This document shows, one piece after another, positions 43,038-45,455 of a stretch of DNA of 45,455 nucleotides. Position 1 is the first letter of the stretch, and every line of letters begins with the position of its first letter. Position numbers and translations under genes: made by a program. Source of the DNA: Pseudonocardiaceae bacterium (GTDB lineage Bacteria; Actinomycetota; Actinomycetes; Mycobacteriales; Pseudonocardiaceae); the NCBI GenBank assembly GCA_036009255.1, contig DASYMC010000012.1, positions 1 to 45,455 of the forward strand. Reading direction: 5' to 3'. The notes under the pieces are model-generated. The model was not told the origin of the DNA. It was given only the letters and a program-made list of their open reading frames with translations, and did no database searches.

Positions 43038-43874
43038 TCAACACCGCACCACATGCGGGGCACCGGTTCGCTGGAAATGCCCGACATTGACGCACTCAGT
43101 TCGTCCTAGCCGGACCCGCTGGGCTAGCGGCTGATGAACGTGCCCGAACAGTGCCGCACGGGGTCGGTCCCGTCGGATCACTGCGAGCAGGTGCTGCGAG
43201 CCGGTTTCGGGCCGCCGAGCCTGCACGTCGTAGACGAGCTCGGGGACGGCCGGCGGGATGTGGCTGCACAACATGTCAACTCGCCCGAGGGCCGCGACGG
43301 CCGCGGCGAATTGATCTGGTGTCCGAAGGTAGGAGCGAAACGCCGGCTCGCGCTGGGGAATGAAGCCCTCAGGTAACAGGCCGCCACCCACGAAACCCCA
43401 GTTCAGACCGCCGATTTGCGTGCTCTGGCCGTCGAGAACGTGCACACCGGCATGCGCGAAGCGCGGCCACAGCTCCGGGAGGTCCACATTGCCGGGGGTG
43501 GCGTAGGTAGGGGTGGGCAGCGCCGCGAACAGCCGCTCGTACTGGTCAATGACGGCTTGCCTGACCACCTCGCGGGGGTCCGAAACTTCAGCCCACAAGT
43601 CCCGCACGAACGCTGACGCCGCGCCTGGCGCTCCACCGGAGCGTAGTTGCGCGAACTGGTGAACCGCTCTTGGCCCGAATACCGAGCCGAGAATCCCTGC
43701 GGAATAGTCGTGGTAGTCCACAAAATCGATCAGATCCCCGAGCACCAGCAGTACATCGGCACCGTCGCCCGCCCTGGCCAGCGCGTCCGCGTTACCGTGC
43801 ACGTCGGACACCACATGGACCCGCACAACCAGGGAGGTTACCTGGCGCCAGCAGAGCCTCGGCCGACCAGCCAT
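43038..43874 (-). CDS. metallophosphoesterase family protein
   Basis: Carries VHVVSDVHGN, LVLGDLIDF and LFGHVHQP motifs. Start is ATG 43874 or GTG 43826. Confidence 0.75.
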   Translation of the reverse strand: MAGRPRLCWRQVTSLVVRVHVVSDVHGNADALARAGDGADVLLVLGDLIDFVDYHDYSAGILGSVFGPRAVHQFAQLRSGGAPGAASAFVRDLWAEVSDPREVVRQAVIDQYERLFAALPTPTYATPGNVDLPELWPRFAHAGVHVLDGQSTQIGGLNWGFVGGGLLPEGFIPQREPAFRSYLRTPDQFAAAVAALGRVDMLCSHIPPAVPELVYDVQARRPETGSQHLLAVIRRDRPRAALFGHVHQPLAQRVRLGRTECVNVGHFQRTGAPHVVRC

Positions 43875-43997
43875 CGATGGCAGCCCCGCTGACGACTCGG
43901 GTGGCCCATTGCTGGATGCCCGGGACTGTTGGACAAATCATAGGGCGCGATACGTTGCCTGGGACGATTAGAGCAATGGCGAGCTGCGGAGGTACCA

Positions 43998-45455
43998 GTG
44001 CGGGAGTTTGCGGTTCCCGCCACCACTAAGGTGGCTGATCAGGAGAACCTTACCGATGCGGTGTGGGCCAATGCCGAGCGCTTCGCCACCAGCGTCAGCT
44101 TCCGCCGCCGGGTCGACGGCGGCTGGGTAGACATCACAGCGCGGGAATTTGCTGATCAGGTCACCGCGGTGGCCAAGGGACTCATCGCAGGTGGCATTGA
44201 ACGGGGGGATCGCATCGCGCTGCTGTCCACAACACGCTACGAGTGGACCGTGCTGGACTATGCTATTTGGGCGGCCGGCGGATCGACGGTGCCGATTTAC
44301 GAGACATCCTCTCCCGAACAGGTGGAGTGGATCCTATCGGACTCTGAAGCCAAGGCGATCGTCGTCGAAACGTGCGCACACCACGAGATGGTCGAGGCCC
44401 TGGCCGATCGGCTGGATCAGCCTGCCCAGGTCTGGCAGATCGACCCGGTACCGAGCGACGACGACCCGGCTGGCGCAGTCGAGAAGCTCACCGCGCTGGG
44501 TTCGGAGATCTCCACCGACGCGGCGCGGGAGCGTGCTGGCGCAGTGGGTGCCGACGATCTGGCTACACTGATCTACACCTCAGGTACCACTGGACGACCC
44601 AAGGGCTGCGAGATCACCCACGGCAACCTGCTCGCCGTGACCCGGTCGGCTTTGGCCGAGTTTCCACGGCTGATGCAGCCAAGCAACTCGGTGCTGTTGT
44701 TTCTGCCTCTGGCACATGTTCTCGCGCGCATCATTCAGACGGCCTGCGTGTACGCCCGGATCACCCTCGGGCACGCTCCCGATGTGAAGAATCTGGCGGC
44801 CGAGCTGGTTGAATTCCGGCCCACGTTCGTGCTCGCGGTGCCTCGGGTATTCGAAAAGGTATACAACTCGGCTCGGCAGAAGGCACATGCGCAGGGCAAG
44901 GGCCGCATCTTCGACATCGCCGTCTCCACGGCCGTCGAGTGGAGCCGAGCGCTCGACACCGGGGGCGCCGGGCTTGCTTTGCGGGCGAAGCACGCGTTGT
45001 TCGACCAGCTGGTCTACTCCAAACTCCGGGTGGTGCTCGGTAGTCGGTGTATCGCGGCGGTCTCCGGTGGTGCTCCGCTGGGCGAGCGGCTCGGTCACTT
45101 TTTTCGTGGTGTCGGGGTGACAGTATTCGAAGGCTATGGGCTGACCGAGACCAGCGCCCCTGCCACGGTGAATACCGAAAAGAATATCAAGATCGGCACC
45201 GTGGGTAGACCGCTGGGTGGGGTAACGATCAAGATTGCCGACGATGGCGAGGTACTGATCAAAGGCCCTGGTGTGCTGCGCCGTTACTGGCACGAGGAGC
45301 AGGCCAGCAAGGAAGCGATCGTCGATGGCTGGCTGCATACCGGCGACCTTGGCGAGCTGGATCAAGACGGCTTCCTGCGGATCACCGGACGGAAGAAGGA
45401 AATCATTGTCACCGCCGGTGGCAAGAACGTGTCCCCCGCCGTGTTGGAGGACAGG
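43998..45455 (+). CDS. long-chain fatty-acid--CoA ligase (FadD15-like), 5' partial in window
   Basis: Not in the ORF track because it runs off the window. GGAGG lies 5 nt before GTG 43998. Carries LIYTSGTTGRPKG, YEGYGLTET, GWLHTGDLG and ITGRKKEIIV. The frame is open through 45455. Confidence 0.9.
   Translation, partial: MREFAVPATTKVADQENLTDAVWANAERFATSVSFRRRVDGGWVDITAREFADQVTAVAKGLIAGGIERGDRIALLSTTRYEWTVLDYAIWAAGGSTVPIYETSSPEQVEWILSDSEAKAIVVETCAHHEMVEALADRLDQPAQVWQIDPVPSDDDPAGAVEKLTALGSEISTDAARERAGAVGADDLATLIYTSGTTGRPKGCEITHGNLLAVTRSALAEFPRLMQPSNSVLLFLPLAHVLARIIQTACVYARITLGHAPDVKNLAAELVEFRPTFVLAVPRVFEKVYNSARQKAHAQGKGRIFDIAVSTAVEWSRALDTGGAGLALRAKHALFDQLVYSKLRVVLGSRCIAAVSGGAPLGERLGHFFRGVGVTVFEGYGLTETSAPATVNTEKNIKIGTVGRPLGGVTIKIADDGEVLIKGPGVLRRYWHEEQASKEAIVDGWLHTGDLGELDQDGFLRITGRKKEIIVTAGGKNVSPAVLEDR

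Overview
High-GC actinobacterial chromosomal segment. Hand counts of flanking genes give about 63-72% G+C. Gene content and local order resemble Mycobacteriales core regions. I support 42 protein-coding genes, one of which runs off the right edge. No rRNA, tRNA, CRISPR array, transposase or integrase was seen. From left to right the window contains: (1) A sugar module of FGGY kinase, MFS sugar porter and DUF2961/GH172. (2) An adenosine-deaminase-like gene coupled to the PptT-type phosphopantetheinyl transferase. (3) A PiT phosphate transporter. (4) A GH65 phosphorylase convergent with a PfkB kinase plus MFS pair. (5) guaB1 (GMP reductase type) followed by two DUF21-CBS genes. (6) The conserved cluster gcvP / MerR / DUF151 / MerR / garA / gcvH / pgsA-like, then glf. 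(7) A DinB-type mycothiol enzyme, a methyltransferase, a membrane Ser/Thr kinase, a Ski2-like helicase and an orphan DUF742. (8) Redox genes, then the Rv2175c-like/PknL(PASTA) pair, aroG, pfkA, an Rv2179c-like exoribonuclease, plsC, a metallophosphoesterase and the 5' part of a FadD15-like acyl-CoA ligase. Most of this is ordinary core genome. The clearly non-core stretch is about 3.4 kb (13424-16844) wedged between guaB1 and its usual DUF21-CBS neighbours. It holds a decayed direct copy of the guaB1 3' end, frameshifted gene fragments, a lower-GC DUF885 lipoprotein gene, and a degenerate LOG-like gene with a Nudix-like tail. Other points worth a second look: an adenosine-deaminase homologue with the catalytic Glu replaced (HAGE to HAGF); a glycine-riboswitch-like gcvP leader whose anti-SD can pair with two partners; several strong palindromes in intergenic regions; and a kinase whose conserved N-terminus lies upstream of any canonical start codon. 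I did not find a convincing complete novel multi-gene system. All family assignments are from motif recognition by eye and need database confirmation.
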